Positions 17,792 through 26,823 of a stretch of 64,000 bases of DNA are shown piece by piece; position 1 is the stretch's first letter, and each line of letters starts with the position of its first letter. The stretch is taken from the NCBI GenBank assembly GCA_964624625.1, contig CAZUXW010000003.1, forward strand, positions 1,728 through 65,727, read 5' to 3'. This DNA comes from an uncultured bacterium. GTDB lineage: Bacteria > Oederibacteriota > Muellerivitia > Muellerivitales > Muellerivitaceae. Below the pieces are notes generated by a model that made no database searches, was not told the origin of the DNA, and worked only from the letters and a program-made list of their open reading frames with translations. A program made the translations under genes and the position numbers.

Positions 17792-19417
17792 TCATTCTTT
17801 CGCTTTCCCCAATACGTTCGGTTGGGATTTGATGCCCTGGAAAGGCTCAGCCGCGGCCGGCGGAAGATCCAATACCTTCCCCGCGGAAGGTATCGAACTA
17901 AAAGTTAACCCGTTCAAAAGCGGGACTTCCTTGGCCATGGCGTTGAACACGGCGGGAGTGTCCTCAAACTCAAACCCCTCTACCTTCAAGGCTTTCGCCA
18001 AACGGCAAATCCACATGGAAGCTTCCACCACATCCGGATTCTCAGGCTCAATGGCCTGCTTGAATTTTTGCAGGCGGCTGGTGCCGTTGACGAAAGTTCC
18101 GTTCTTTTCCGTGAAGGGACGGACGGGAAAAAGCATGGATCCCAGCTCCGCGACTTTCGTTTGATGGACCGACAGCACGATCAAGGCGTTCACTTTTCCA
18201 TAAACCTTCTTGGCCCTTTCCTCGTCCTGGCCGAAAGGATTGTTGTGCATCATGATGACGACCTTAATGGCGCCCTTTTCAATTTTGGCGAGCAGTTCTT
18301 TTCCCTCGGGATCAATCCCCAACAGTTTCAACCCTTGCGCGTTAGGGGTCTTGTCCGGCAGTTTAAGGATAGGGTCCCCGGCCCCCGGTTTGCCCCAGAA
18401 AGGAGCGGCCAGGTTTTTGACGTTGAATCTTTTCTCGAAAAGTTTCTTCAAAAGATAGTTGTCCTCCAGGGCCGCGGCAGGGGACGCGATTCCGGCCACT
18501 TCCTCCCGGGACAGGGCCTCGAGTATGTTCGCCAAGGAATCGATCCCCTTGGCCAGCGTGCTGATTCCGTGGCCTAGGCGAACTTCCGTGACCCGGTTGG
18601 TTTGGTAATAGTCGTAGGAAAACCTTCCCTCATCGCAGATCCAGGTCTTATTGAGCTCCGAGTTGTCCCTCGGCATGAAGCGGAAAACCTTTCCCTTATT
18701 ATGCTCCACCGTGATGTTGCATCCCCTCGCGCATCCAGGGCAAATGGAATCGGTTTTTTTGAGGAACCAGACCCTTTGCTTAAATCGGAATTCCTTGAGG
18801 GTCAAGGCGCCCACCGGACAAATGTCGGTCACATTGCCCGAGTAGGCGTTATCCAAGCGGCGGTCCGGGAAGGTGGTAATGGTGGAGGCATGGCCTCGAT
18901 TCACAATGCCCAGCTCGGACGTTTTCGGGACCTCATCCACGAAACGGATGCAGCGGGTGCAAAGCACGCAGCGTTCCTGGTCCAGGATAATATGCTCCCC
19001 GATATCCTCCGCCTTGCCGCCCTTGAAATCCCGGGGCACGCCGCGCCGGAAATCATAGAGGCCGTATTCCATATATTGGTTCTGGAGCTTGCACTCCCCC
19101 GCCTTGTCACAGACCGGGCAATCCAGCGGATGGTCTAATAAAAGGAATTCCAGGGCCGACTTTTGGGCGGCCTTGGCCTTAGGGGTTAGGGTATGGACCA
19201 CCATTCCCTCGGAAACCTTGGTATTGCAGCCAACGGTCAACATCGGACCCTTGGGCCCTTCGATCTCCACCATGCAGGTCCGGCAATTGCCGGCCACCGG
19301 CAGGTAGCGCTGGTAGCAAAAGTGCTCGAGGGGAATATGGTTGGACAAAGCCGCTTCCAGAACGTTGGTTCCGTCGGGCACTTCCATTTGTTTTCCATCG
19401 ATGGTGATTTTCGCCAT
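17792..19417 (-). CDS. nuoG: NADH-quinone oxidoreductase subunit G (short form)
   Basis: N-terminus MAKITIDGKQMEVPDGTNVLEAA..CYQRYLPVAGNCRTCMVEI is the 2Fe-2S ferredoxin fold, followed by a 4Fe-4S Cys-rich region. Start taken at ATG 19417. Confidence 0.88.
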   Translation of the reverse strand: MAKITIDGKQMEVPDGTNVLEAALSNHIPLEHFCYQRYLPVAGNCRTCMVEIEGPKGPMLTVGCNTKVSEGMVVHTLTPKAKAAQKSALEFLLLDHPLDCPVCDKAGECKLQNQYMEYGLYDFRRGVPRDFKGGKAEDIGEHIILDQERCVLCTRCIRFVDEVPKTSELGIVNRGHASTITTFPDRRLDNAYSGNVTDICPVGALTLKEFRFKQRVWFLKKTDSICPGCARGCNITVEHNKGKVFRFMPRDNSELNKTWICDEGRFSYDYYQTNRVTEVRLGHGISTLAKGIDSLANILEALSREEVAGIASPAAALEDNYLLKKLFEKRFNVKNLAAPFWGKPGAGDPILKLPDKTPNAQGLKLLGIDPEGKELLAKIEKGAIKVVIMMHNNPFGQDEERAKKVYGKVNALIVLSVHQTKVAELGSMLFPVRPFTEKNGTFVNGTSRLQKFKQAIEPENPDVVEASMWICRLAKALKVEGFEFEDTPAVFNAMAKEVPLLNGLTFSSIPSAGKVLDLPPAAAEPFQGIKSQPNVLGKAKE

Positions 19418-19440
19418 AAATCCTAAAACCTCATTTTCAC

Positions 19441-19525
19441 CACCAAGGCACCAAGGGGCCAAGAAAGGCTTTTAATTCCGCCCTTTCCGGTAAATGATTT
19501 TCTTGGTGTCTTGGTGTCTTGGTGG
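19441..19525. repeat. inverted tandem 8-mer repeats in the nuoF-nuoG spacer
   Basis: 2 x CACCAAGG (19441-19456) face 3 x TCTTGGTG (19501-19524). Nested GGTAAATGATTT / GGTAAATCATTG dyad. The nuoF stop codon is at 19536-19538. Confidence 0.6.
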
Positions 19526-19535
19526 TAAATCATTG

Positions 19536-20816
19536 TTAAGACACCTTTTCCGGAACCGAAACCGCCGTCGGCTTGCAGTACTTTTCAAAATCCTCCCGGA
19601 ACTTTTTGATGAAGCTCCGCACCGGGAAGGCCAGGGCGGAGGAGAAGACGCAGATAGTCTTGCCTTCCATGTTGTCCGCGATTTCCAGCATCAGGTCCAA
19701 TTCCTTGGCCGCGGCTTCCCCCGCGAGGATTTTCTTGAGGATCCTGTCCTCCCAAGCGCTCCCTTCCCGGCAGGGCGTGCATTGGCCGCAGGACTCGTCC
19801 CGGTAGAAATGGGTCAGGTTCTTGAGGATCTTGGCCATGTCCGTATGCTCGTTCATGATGATGGCGCAGCCCGTGCCAAACATGGTCTTGTGGTCCCTCA
19901 TGCTCTCGTAGGAGAGGGTCAAGTCCTCGCACTCCTTCGCGGTCAATACCGGACAGGAGGATCCGCCGGGAATGACGGCCTTGAGCTTGCCGCCCTTAAC
20001 GCCCTTGCCGTACTTCTCGATAAATTCCATCATGGGAAGGCCGAAGGGCATTTCCCAAAAGCCGGTTTGGTGGACGTGGCCCGAAAGCCCGAACACATGG
20101 GTACCGGGAGATTCCTTCGTGCCGATAGCGGCGTAGGCCGCGGCGCCATTTTCAATAATCCAGGGAACCGAGGACAGCGTCTTCACGTTGTTCACAATGG
20201 TGGGGCAGCCAAAGGCCCCCACGATGGCCGGAAAGGGCGGCTTGATGCGGGGCTGCCCCTTTTTGCCCTCGAGTGATTCCAGGAGCCCCGTCTCTTCCCC
20301 GCAGATGTAGGCTCCCGCTCCCCGGTGGACATAAACTTCCAAATCAAAACCTGAACCCTGGATATTTTTTCCGAGATAGCCGGCTTTTTTAGCGTCCTCA
20401 ATGGCGGCGTTCAAACGGTTGATCTGCTCCAAGAATTCGCCCCGGACGTATATATAGGAAGTGTGGCATCCAATGGCGTAACTGGCGCAGATGATTCCTT
20501 CGAGCAGCAAATGAGGGTCGTAGAGCATCATGAAGCGGTCGGTGAAGGTTCCCGGTTCACCCTCGTCGGCGTTCACCACCAGGTAAACAGGTTTTCCCGT
20601 GTTTTGTGGGACAAATGACCATTTCATGCCAGCCGGAAAACCCGCCCCGCCACGGCCCTTCAAACCCGAGGACTTCACTTCCTCGATTACCTCGGCGGGT
20701 TTTTTGGCGAAAAGATTTTTTAAGGACGCGTATCCACCCGTCTCCAGGTAGACCTTGAGTTGGTGGCCGTCCTTGGTTTCAAACCGCCTGGTGAGTTGAG
20801 GTTGAAATTCGGCCAT
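19536..20816 (-). CDS. nuoF: NADH-quinone oxidoreductase subunit F (NADH/FMN/4Fe-4S)
   Basis: GRGGAGFPAGMKW FMN/NADH motif and C-terminal CGQCTPCREG 4Fe-4S motif. Confidence 0.92.
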   Translation of the reverse strand: MAEFQPQLTRRFETKDGHQLKVYLETGGYASLKNLFAKKPAEVIEEVKSSGLKGRGGAGFPAGMKWSFVPQNTGKPVYLVVNADEGEPGTFTDRFMMLYDPHLLLEGIICASYAIGCHTSYIYVRGEFLEQINRLNAAIEDAKKAGYLGKNIQGSGFDLEVYVHRGAGAYICGEETGLLESLEGKKGQPRIKPPFPAIVGAFGCPTIVNNVKTLSSVPWIIENGAAAYAAIGTKESPGTHVFGLSGHVHQTGFWEMPFGLPMMEFIEKYGKGVKGGKLKAVIPGGSSCPVLTAKECEDLTLSYESMRDHKTMFGTGCAIIMNEHTDMAKILKNLTHFYRDESCGQCTPCREGSAWEDRILKKILAGEAAAKELDLMLEIADNMEGKTICVFSSALAFPVRSFIKKFREDFEKYCKPTAVSVPEKVS

Positions 20817-21296
20817 TTATTTCTTCCTCAATTCTTCGATCAACTTCTCGGTGCTTTGGGGGGTCAGGTTCTCGTGATAGTCGTCGTTCACCTGCATGCA
20901 GGGCCCCGTGTGGCAGGAGGCCAGGCATTCGACCGGTTGATAACTGAATTTCCCGTCGGGCGTTGTCTCGCCTGGTTTTAAATCGAGCTTCTTCTCGATC
21001 ACCTTTTTGATTTCTTCCGAGCCGTTTAAGAGGCAGGAAATGGTTTGGCACACCTGAAGATGGTACTGTCCGGGCTTTTTCTTTTGATACATGGTGTAGA
21101 ACTCGGCAACTTCCATCACCTGCATGGGGGAACAGCCCACCAGTTCGGACACAGCCACCATGGCGTCGGTGGAGATCCAGCCGAATTCCCTTTGGGCCAG
21201 CCAAAGGGCCGGAAGGAGCGCGGCCCGGCGCAAGGGATAGCGCTTGGCAATAGCCTCGAACTCTTCCAAGGTTTCTTTTTTGAACTGTACGGCCAT
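20817..21296 (-). CDS. nuoE: NADH-quinone oxidoreductase subunit E (2Fe-2S)
   Basis: 159 aa. CQTISC...ECLASCHTGPCMQVN thioredoxin-like ferredoxin motif. Directly abuts nuoF. Confidence 0.9.
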   Translation of the reverse strand: MAVQFKKETLEEFEAIAKRYPLRRAALLPALWLAQREFGWISTDAMVAVSELVGCSPMQVMEVAEFYTMYQKKKPGQYHLQVCQTISCLLNGSEEIKKVIEKKLDLKPGETTPDGKFSYQPVECLASCHTGPCMQVNDDYHENLTPQSTEKLIEELRKK

Positions 21297-21389
21297 TTCG
21301 AATTCCCTTTTCCCAAGTTAGAAGTTAGGAGCGAGAGGTTGGGAGTTTTGAACTTCTCACCGCCAACTCCTCACTCCTAATTGATTTTT

Positions 21390-22634
21390 TCAACGGTCCA
21401 GTTCGCCCGCAATGATGTTGATCGACCCCAAATTCGCAACCGCGTCGGCGATCATCGTCCCCTCGATCATGGTGTGGTAAGCCGCGAAATTCATGAAACA
21501 GGGGGGCCGGCACTTGATACGGTAGGGATTCTTCGATCCGTCCGAGACAATCGTAAAACCCAATTCCCCATTCGCGGCCTCGGTGGCGTCATAGACCCGC
21601 CCGGGCTCGGGACAAATGCCGTGCATGATGATCTTGAAGTGATTCATCAACCCTTCGATGTTTCCGTAGGTCTGCTGTTTGGGAGGAAGCGCCACCCTCT
21701 TGTCGTCCGTCATGACCGGACCGTTGGGTAATTTCCCCAGGGCCTGCTCGATGATGTGGATGGATTCCTCGATCTCAAGAAAACGTATGAAAATGCGGTC
21801 GAAAATATCGCCCCGGCTTCCCACAGGAACGTCGAATTTAAAGTCCTCATAATGGTAATAGGGCTCGGCTTTGCGCAGGTCGTACTCAACCCCGCTGGCC
21901 CGAAGCGTCGGCCCCGTCCAGCCGTAGGAAATCGCCTTCTCTTTCGAGATAACGCAAATATCCTTGGTGCGGTCGAGGAAAATCCGGTTTTTGGTAACCA
22001 GTTTCTGAACATCCAAAACACCTTTTCGTATTTCTTTCAATACCGCCGTGACTTCCGCGCCGAAAGCCGGATAAACATCGCGCGAAAGGCCCCCGATGCG
22101 GGTATAGCTGGACGTCAAGCGCGCTCCGCAAAGCTTTTCGAGAATGTTGTAAACCTTTTCCCGCACGTTGAAGGAATACCAGAAATTGGTAAGGGCGCCG
22201 ATATCCACGAGGTTCGCGCCGGCGCAAACCAAGTGGTCAATGATGCGGTTGAGCTCGCTGGTGATGACCCGGATGTAAATCGCCCTTTCCGGAACCTGAA
22301 TATTCATCATGCGCTCCACGGCCTTGCAGAAGCCCACGTTGTTCATGATGGCGGATACGTAATTAAGCCGGTCCGTGTAGGGAATGCATTGCTGGAAGGT
22401 ATGGACCTCGCAGTCCTTCTCAAAACCACGGTGCAGGTAGCCGATCTCGGTGACCGCCGCCACGATGGTTTCGCCGTCCAGGGCGCAAAGCGCCCGCAAG
22501 GTGCCGTGGGTCGCCGGGTGGCTGGGTCCCAGGTTCACCATGACCAGGTCCTTTTTCTCAAGGGATTGAACCGAGTTCAATCCCCGGGAAGAGGACTCGA
22601 CAGGTAGTAAAGTTTTCGTGTCGATCGCATTCAT
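21390..22634 (-). CDS. nuoD: NADH-quinone oxidoreductase subunit D
   Basis: 414 aa; N-terminus ..MVNLGPSHPATHGTLR and C-terminus ..AGELDR are typical of NuoD/49-kDa subunits. Confidence 0.92.
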   Translation of the reverse strand: MNAIDTKTLLPVESSSRGLNSVQSLEKKDLVMVNLGPSHPATHGTLRALCALDGETIVAAVTEIGYLHRGFEKDCEVHTFQQCIPYTDRLNYVSAIMNNVGFCKAVERMMNIQVPERAIYIRVITSELNRIIDHLVCAGANLVDIGALTNFWYSFNVREKVYNILEKLCGARLTSSYTRIGGLSRDVYPAFGAEVTAVLKEIRKGVLDVQKLVTKNRIFLDRTKDICVISKEKAISYGWTGPTLRASGVEYDLRKAEPYYHYEDFKFDVPVGSRGDIFDRIFIRFLEIEESIHIIEQALGKLPNGPVMTDDKRVALPPKQQTYGNIEGLMNHFKIIMHGICPEPGRVYDATEAANGELGFTIVSDGSKNPYRIKCRPPCFMNFAAYHTMIEGTMIADAVANLGSINIIAGELDR

Positions 22635-22686
22635 CGTTTTTCCTCTTTAATAACGCCGACTTTCAATGACAAATGGTTAACCCGCG

Positions 22687-23229
22687 TCAAACGTAGCCCT
22701 TTTCCTTTAAGCGGACTTCCATCTCGTCCATCAGCGACTCATTCATGGAAAGCGCCTGGCGGCGGGTGATGGGATAGTCTTTCCGCAGGGGATGTCCCAC
22801 GAACTCATGGTGGTTTAAAAGCCGCTTCAAGTTGGGATGGCCGGAGAAACGGATACCCATCTGGTCGAAGGCCTCCCTTTCCAGCCAATCAGCGTTGGCG
22901 TAAAGGGTGGTGAGGCTCGGCACCACCGGCCCGTCCTCGGGGGCGGTCAGGGAGAGTTGAATTCGGTGGCCATGGCCCAGGGATTTCAAATGATAAATCA
23001 CGCCGAACCTCTCACCGGTCCATCCGGAAAAGGCCGAATAGTCCACAGAGACGATATCCACGAGCATGTCGAACTGAAATTCCGGGTCATCCCGCAGTAT
23101 TTTCACCATGCCGGCGAGCTGGGCGCGGTCCACCTGGACCTCCAGGGCGCCAAAACGATCCGCCGAACCAAGAATGGCTTGGGGGGTTTTTTCTTTCAAT
23201 TTTTCCAATAGCGCCGAGAATTCCATCAA
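22687..23229 (-). CDS. nuoC: NADH-quinone oxidoreductase subunit C
   Basis: 180 aa, 30-kDa subunit family, in conserved position. Confidence 0.85.
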   Translation of the reverse strand: MMEFSALLEKLKEKTPQAILGSADRFGALEVQVDRAQLAGMVKILRDDPEFQFDMLVDIVSVDYSAFSGWTGERFGVIYHLKSLGHGHRIQLSLTAPEDGPVVPSLTTLYANADWLEREAFDQMGIRFSGHPNLKRLLNHHEFVGHPLRKDYPITRRQALSMNESLMDEMEVRLKEKGYV

Positions 23230-23349
23230 AACCTCCCACCTTTCACCCCATGCCGCCTAAGGCAGATCGCAAAGTTGCGGTTCGAAAAAATATTTTCCAT
23301 TTCCACCCAAAGGCCTTTGTCCAGCTGTGACTCCGTGGTGAAAAGGTTG

Positions 23350-23855
23350 TTAATAATCAAACTTCGGTTCCTTTGCCATGAACTGCGCCGCCGGCGTCGT
23401 TCCCGGATTCTCGATCTTGTGCTGGAGCTTCATCACCGCCGTCAAAATAGCTTCCGGCCTGGGGGGGCATCCGGAAATGTACACGTCCACCGGGATGATC
23501 TGGTCGATGCCCTGCACCGTGCAATAGTTGTTATAAAACCCGCCCGAGGAGGCGCAGACGCCCATCGAGATCACCCACTTGGGCTCGCACATCTGCTCGT
23601 AAATTTGTTTCAGGATGGGGGCCTGCTTGAAGGTGACGGTCCCCGCGACCAACAAAAGGTCCGATTGCCGGGGGGAGAAACGCACCAACTCGGCTCCGAA
23701 CCGGGAAATATCAAACACCGAGGAAACCACCCCCATGAACTCGATCGCGCAGCAGGCGGTTCCGAAGGGCATGGGCCAGAGGGAGTTCTTTTGCCCCCAG
23801 GCGATGACAGCGTCCTTGCGGGTGGTGATGGCCGGAAAAGTTTCTACTCCCATTC
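23350..23855 (-). CDS. nuoB: NADH-quinone oxidoreductase subunit B
   Basis: Start at the internal ATG (MGVETFP...). Conserved [17 protein letters not shown] and GCPPRPEA motifs. The longer ORF-finder version would overlap nuoA. Confidence 0.9.
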
Positions 23856-24221
23856 CAAGGCCCCCCTTTTCCAGAGGTAAAACCAACCAAAGGCCAGGAC
23901 GCCAAGGAACCCCAACATTGAAAGGAACCCGCCCCAAGCCATTTTTTGGAACAGCACCGCCCAGGGAAAGAGAAATACGATCTCGACGTCGAATACCAGG
24001 AAGCACATGGCCACCAGGTAAAATTTCACGTTGAAACGGTGGCGGGCGTCCCCCGTAAGGGCGCTGGATTGGATTCCGCATTCGTAAGGGGAAAGCTTCG
24101 TTTCGTTGTCCTTGCGGGGTCCTAGGGCCTTGGATAACAACAGCATGGCCGCCGGAACCGCCATGGCGAGGAAAAGGGAAAGAACGATGGGAAGTAGGTT
24201 TTCAATCAGCTCGAAATTCAC
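23844..24221 (-). CDS. nuoA: NADH-quinone oxidoreductase subunit A
   Basis: Start taken at GTG 24221 ([13 protein letters not shown]...), with GGAGG 6 nt upstream. Conserved KLSPYECG motif. The upstream ORF-finder extension has no family counterpart. Confidence 0.85.
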   Translation of the reverse strand: MNFELIENLLPIVLSLFLAMAVPAAMLLLSKALGPRKDNETKLSPYECGIQSSALTGDARHRFNVKFYLVAMCFLVFDVEIVFLFPWAVLFQKMAWGGFLSMLGFLGVLAFGWFYLWKRGALEWE

Positions 24222-24332
24222 GCTTAGCCTCCGGTCAACGCTTAAGCTTTCACCCGGAAGTAAGGCTGGTTTGGCGGGGGGCAATGGGTGAAATTAGAGC
24301 GAATTATAAGGAGTTTTAAACCATTTGGTCAA

Positions 24333-24348
24333 TGTGAAATATTTCACA
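24333..24348. promoter_or_regulatory. perfect palindrome TGTGAAATATTTCACA (CRP/FNR-family consensus TGTGA-N6-TCACA), site 1 upstream of nuoA
   Basis: Exact 16-bp palindrome, ~120 bp upstream of the nuoA GTG. Confidence 0.6.
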
Positions 24349-24414
24349 AACTATTCATTTTTAGGCCTCAAATTCCCGAATTTTGAGGCCTATCCGTCCT
24401 TTTCATAAAATAGA

Positions 24415-24430
24415 TGTGAAATATTTCACA
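24415..24430. promoter_or_regulatory. second identical TGTGAAATATTTCACA palindrome, site 2
   Basis: Identical 16-mer 82 bp from site 1 (centre to centre). The hairpin AGGCCTCAAA ttcccgaa TTTTGAGGCCT (24363-24391) lies between them. Confidence 0.6.
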
Positions 24431-24470
24431 AGCCCTGGTAGGCCGCCTGGATCCCCCACAAGGATTAGGC

Positions 24471-24498
24471 AAAAAAAAGGCCCGGGGGCTCCCGGGCC
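24471..24498 (-). terminator. rho-independent terminator of the upstream OMP gene
   Basis: Minus-strand RNA: GGCCCGGG agcc CCCGGGCC followed by U8 (plus-strand A8 at 24471-24478). Confidence 0.7.
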
Positions 24499-24528
24499 TT
24501 GGTGCATTTTTAACGTCCTGACTCCCTA

Positions 24529-25101
24529 TTACATAAACGAAAAGCCGACCAAAAAGGTCAGAGTGCCATTTTGGATATTCACGTTTTGCGCCACATTGTC
24601 CAGGCCCAATTCATAACGCCCGCTGACCAAAAATTTGTCGATATCCACTTCCACCCCGGCCACCAGGCCCACATCCGAAGTGGCAATGTTGGAAATGTTG
24701 CCGCCAGAGGCGTCTTTGGCGACCACATTCCAAGCAAAGGAAGGGCCGAATAAAATTCCGGGATTAACCACCGGCGAACCCAACGAAAGCTTCAAAAGCA
24801 CCGGAATTTCAATGTAATCCAACTGGGTGGAGGTGCTGGTCCCCGATATCTGGTTTCCCTTTTGCTCATAAAGAACCTCGGGACGGATGGCGAAGCTGTT
24901 CCCGAAATTGAGGCTCAAGAACCCGCCTCCCACCAGACCCAGTTTGGAATCGTTCGCCCCGCTGATGGTGCTGACATCCGCCCCGAGGAAATTCGAGAAG
25001 TTCGCCCCGGCTTCCAATCCCAAACTGAAATTCTGGGCGGCAGCCCGGCCAAGGGACAGCCCCGCCAGCAACAAACTAAACAGCATTATCTTGATTTTCA
25101 T
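24529..25101 (-). CDS. outer-membrane beta-barrel protein (OmpA-like / opacity-porin-type barrel domain)
   Basis: Signal peptide MKIKIMLFSLLLAGLSLGRAAAQ, alternating amphipathic strands, aromatic C-terminus ..LTFLVGFSFM. AAGGAGAG RBS upstream. Confidence 0.7.
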   Translation of the reverse strand: MKIKIMLFSLLLAGLSLGRAAAQNFSLGLEAGANFSNFLGADVSTISGANDSKLGLVGGGFLSLNFGNSFAIRPEVLYEQKGNQISGTSTSTQLDYIEIPVLLKLSLGSPVVNPGILFGPSFAWNVVAKDASGGNISNIATSDVGLVAGVEVDIDKFLVSGRYELGLDNVAQNVNIQNGTLTFLVGFSFM

Positions 25102-25230
25102 CTTTCTCTCCTTTTTAAAAACTGAAAACCGAAATCCTCTGATCCACCGCGGTTGTCAACCAGCGGCTATTCACTAGTCATTAGACGTCCAGGAAGACCG
25201 CCTGGTTCCGCTTAATTTCAACTTCCGGCT

Positions 25231-26670
25231 TTAGGACTTGGTTTTCGACAGCCAATCGGTATGGATGAAGCCCCTTTCCGGATGGTCCACCCTCTCGTAG
25301 GTATGGGAACCGAAAAAGTCCCTCTGGGCTTGAGTCAGGTTCTGCGGCAGGTCCGCCGTGCGGTAGCTGTCGAAGTAGGCCAAACTGGCGCTCATGGCCG
25401 GGGTGGGGATTCCGTTTTCCACCGCCACGGTAATGGCTTTGCGCCAATTGCCCTGGGTTGATTCAATCTGCTTCTTGAAGGATTCATCCAACAAAAGGGA
25501 CTGCAGGTTCGGATTACGGTCATAGGCCTTCATGATCTCGTCCAACAGCTTGGCGCGGATAATGCAGCCGCCCTTCCAAATTCTGGCCATTTCCCTCAGG
25601 TTGACGTTCCACTTGTATTCGTCGGAGGCGGCCTTGATCAGCCTCATGCCTTGGGTATAAGAACAGACTTTCGAGTCGTAGAGGGCGTCCCGCACGGCGT
25701 CGATCAAGGCTTGCTTATCGCCCTTGTAGGAAATAGCCGGGCCCTTGATCTGTTTGCTGACCATCACCCTTTCTTCCTTGATGCTGGACATGCCGCGGCC
25801 GTCCAAGGAAGCCATGATGGTGGGAATCTGGATCCCCATGTCCAAGGCGATTTGCGCCGTCCATTTGCCCGTTCCCTTTTGCCCCGCCTTGTCCAAAATC
25901 AGGTCCACCAGGGGTTTGCCCGTCTCGTCATCCTTGACCGTGAAAACTTGAGCGGTCAATTCAATCAGGAAGGAATCCAGGATGCCTTTATTCCATTCGG
26001 TGAAAATGGCGCCGATTTCGGTCGCGCTCAATCCTAAAACCTTACGGAGAATATCGTAAGCCTCGGCGATCAATTGCATGTCGCCGTACTCAATGCCGTT
26101 ATGGACCATCTTCACGAAATGCCCGGCCCCGTCGGGGCCGCAATGGGTGACGCAGGGGCCCGAATTGGTCTTGGCTGAAATGGCCTCGAATATCGGCCGG
26201 ACAAACTCATAGGCCTTGGGCGATCCGCCCGGCATGATGGAGGGGCCGAAACGGGCGCCTTCCTCACCGCCCGAGACACCAGCCCCGAAAAAATAAAAAC
26301 CATCCTTCGTCAGGTCCGCTTCGCGCCTCTGGGTGTCCTTGAACCAGGAATTTCCCCCGTCGATGATGATATCGCCCTTGGAAAGGAGCGGTTTGAGCAT
26401 TTTAATGGCGTCATCCACCGGGTCCCCCGCCTTGAGCATGATCATGATTTTCCGCGGGGTTTCCAGGGCGTTGACCAATTCTTCCAGCGTCCTGGTTCCG
26501 ATGAATTTTTTTCCCTCATTTTTTTTCATGAAGGGGGTAACCCGGTCGCTGCGGAGATTGCAAACCGCCACGGAAAAACCATGGTCTTCCATGTTCATGG
26601 CCAAGTTTTCGCCCATGACGGCGATTCCGAGTATTCCAAAATTCGCTTTAGTTAACGCTGTGGCTGACAT
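25231..26670 (-). CDS. gnd: 6-phosphogluconate dehydrogenase (decarboxylating)
   Basis: N-terminus FGILGIAVMGENLAMN matches the Gnd NADP-binding start. Family-typical length (~480 aa from ATG 26670). AAGGGGG RBS. Confidence 0.88.
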   Translation of the reverse strand: MSATALTKANFGILGIAVMGENLAMNMEDHGFSVAVCNLRSDRVTPFMKKNEGKKFIGTRTLEELVNALETPRKIMIMLKAGDPVDDAIKMLKPLLSKGDIIIDGGNSWFKDTQRREADLTKDGFYFFGAGVSGGEEGARFGPSIMPGGSPKAYEFVRPIFEAISAKTNSGPCVTHCGPDGAGHFVKMVHNGIEYGDMQLIAEAYDILRKVLGLSATEIGAIFTEWNKGILDSFLIELTAQVFTVKDDETGKPLVDLILDKAGQKGTGKWTAQIALDMGIQIPTIMASLDGRGMSSIKEERVMVSKQIKGPAISYKGDKQALIDAVRDALYDSKVCSYTQGMRLIKAASDEYKWNVNLREMARIWKGGCIIRAKLLDEIMKAYDRNPNLQSLLLDESFKKQIESTQGNWRKAITVAVENGIPTPAMSASLAYFDSYRTADLPQNLTQAQRDFFGSHTYERVDHPERGFIHTDWLSKTKS

Positions 26671-26823
26671 AAACGCCCCCTTAATTTTTGGCATCGATCC
26701 GGCGAAAGCACGACATTTTAACACGAACCATTCAGCAAAATAGAGAAGTTACGGGAACGACTTTATGAGCTCGGTCATCCTTTTGGAACATTTCACGAGA
26801 AACGTCGTTTCCGCCAAAATTTG

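Noticed and set aside
24529-25101. Possibility that the OMP gene is divergently regulated with nuo by the CRP-like sites.
   Set aside because: The OMP gene is on the same (minus) strand, upstream of nuo. It is separated from the sites by its own intrinsic terminator, so the sites most plausibly serve nuo only.
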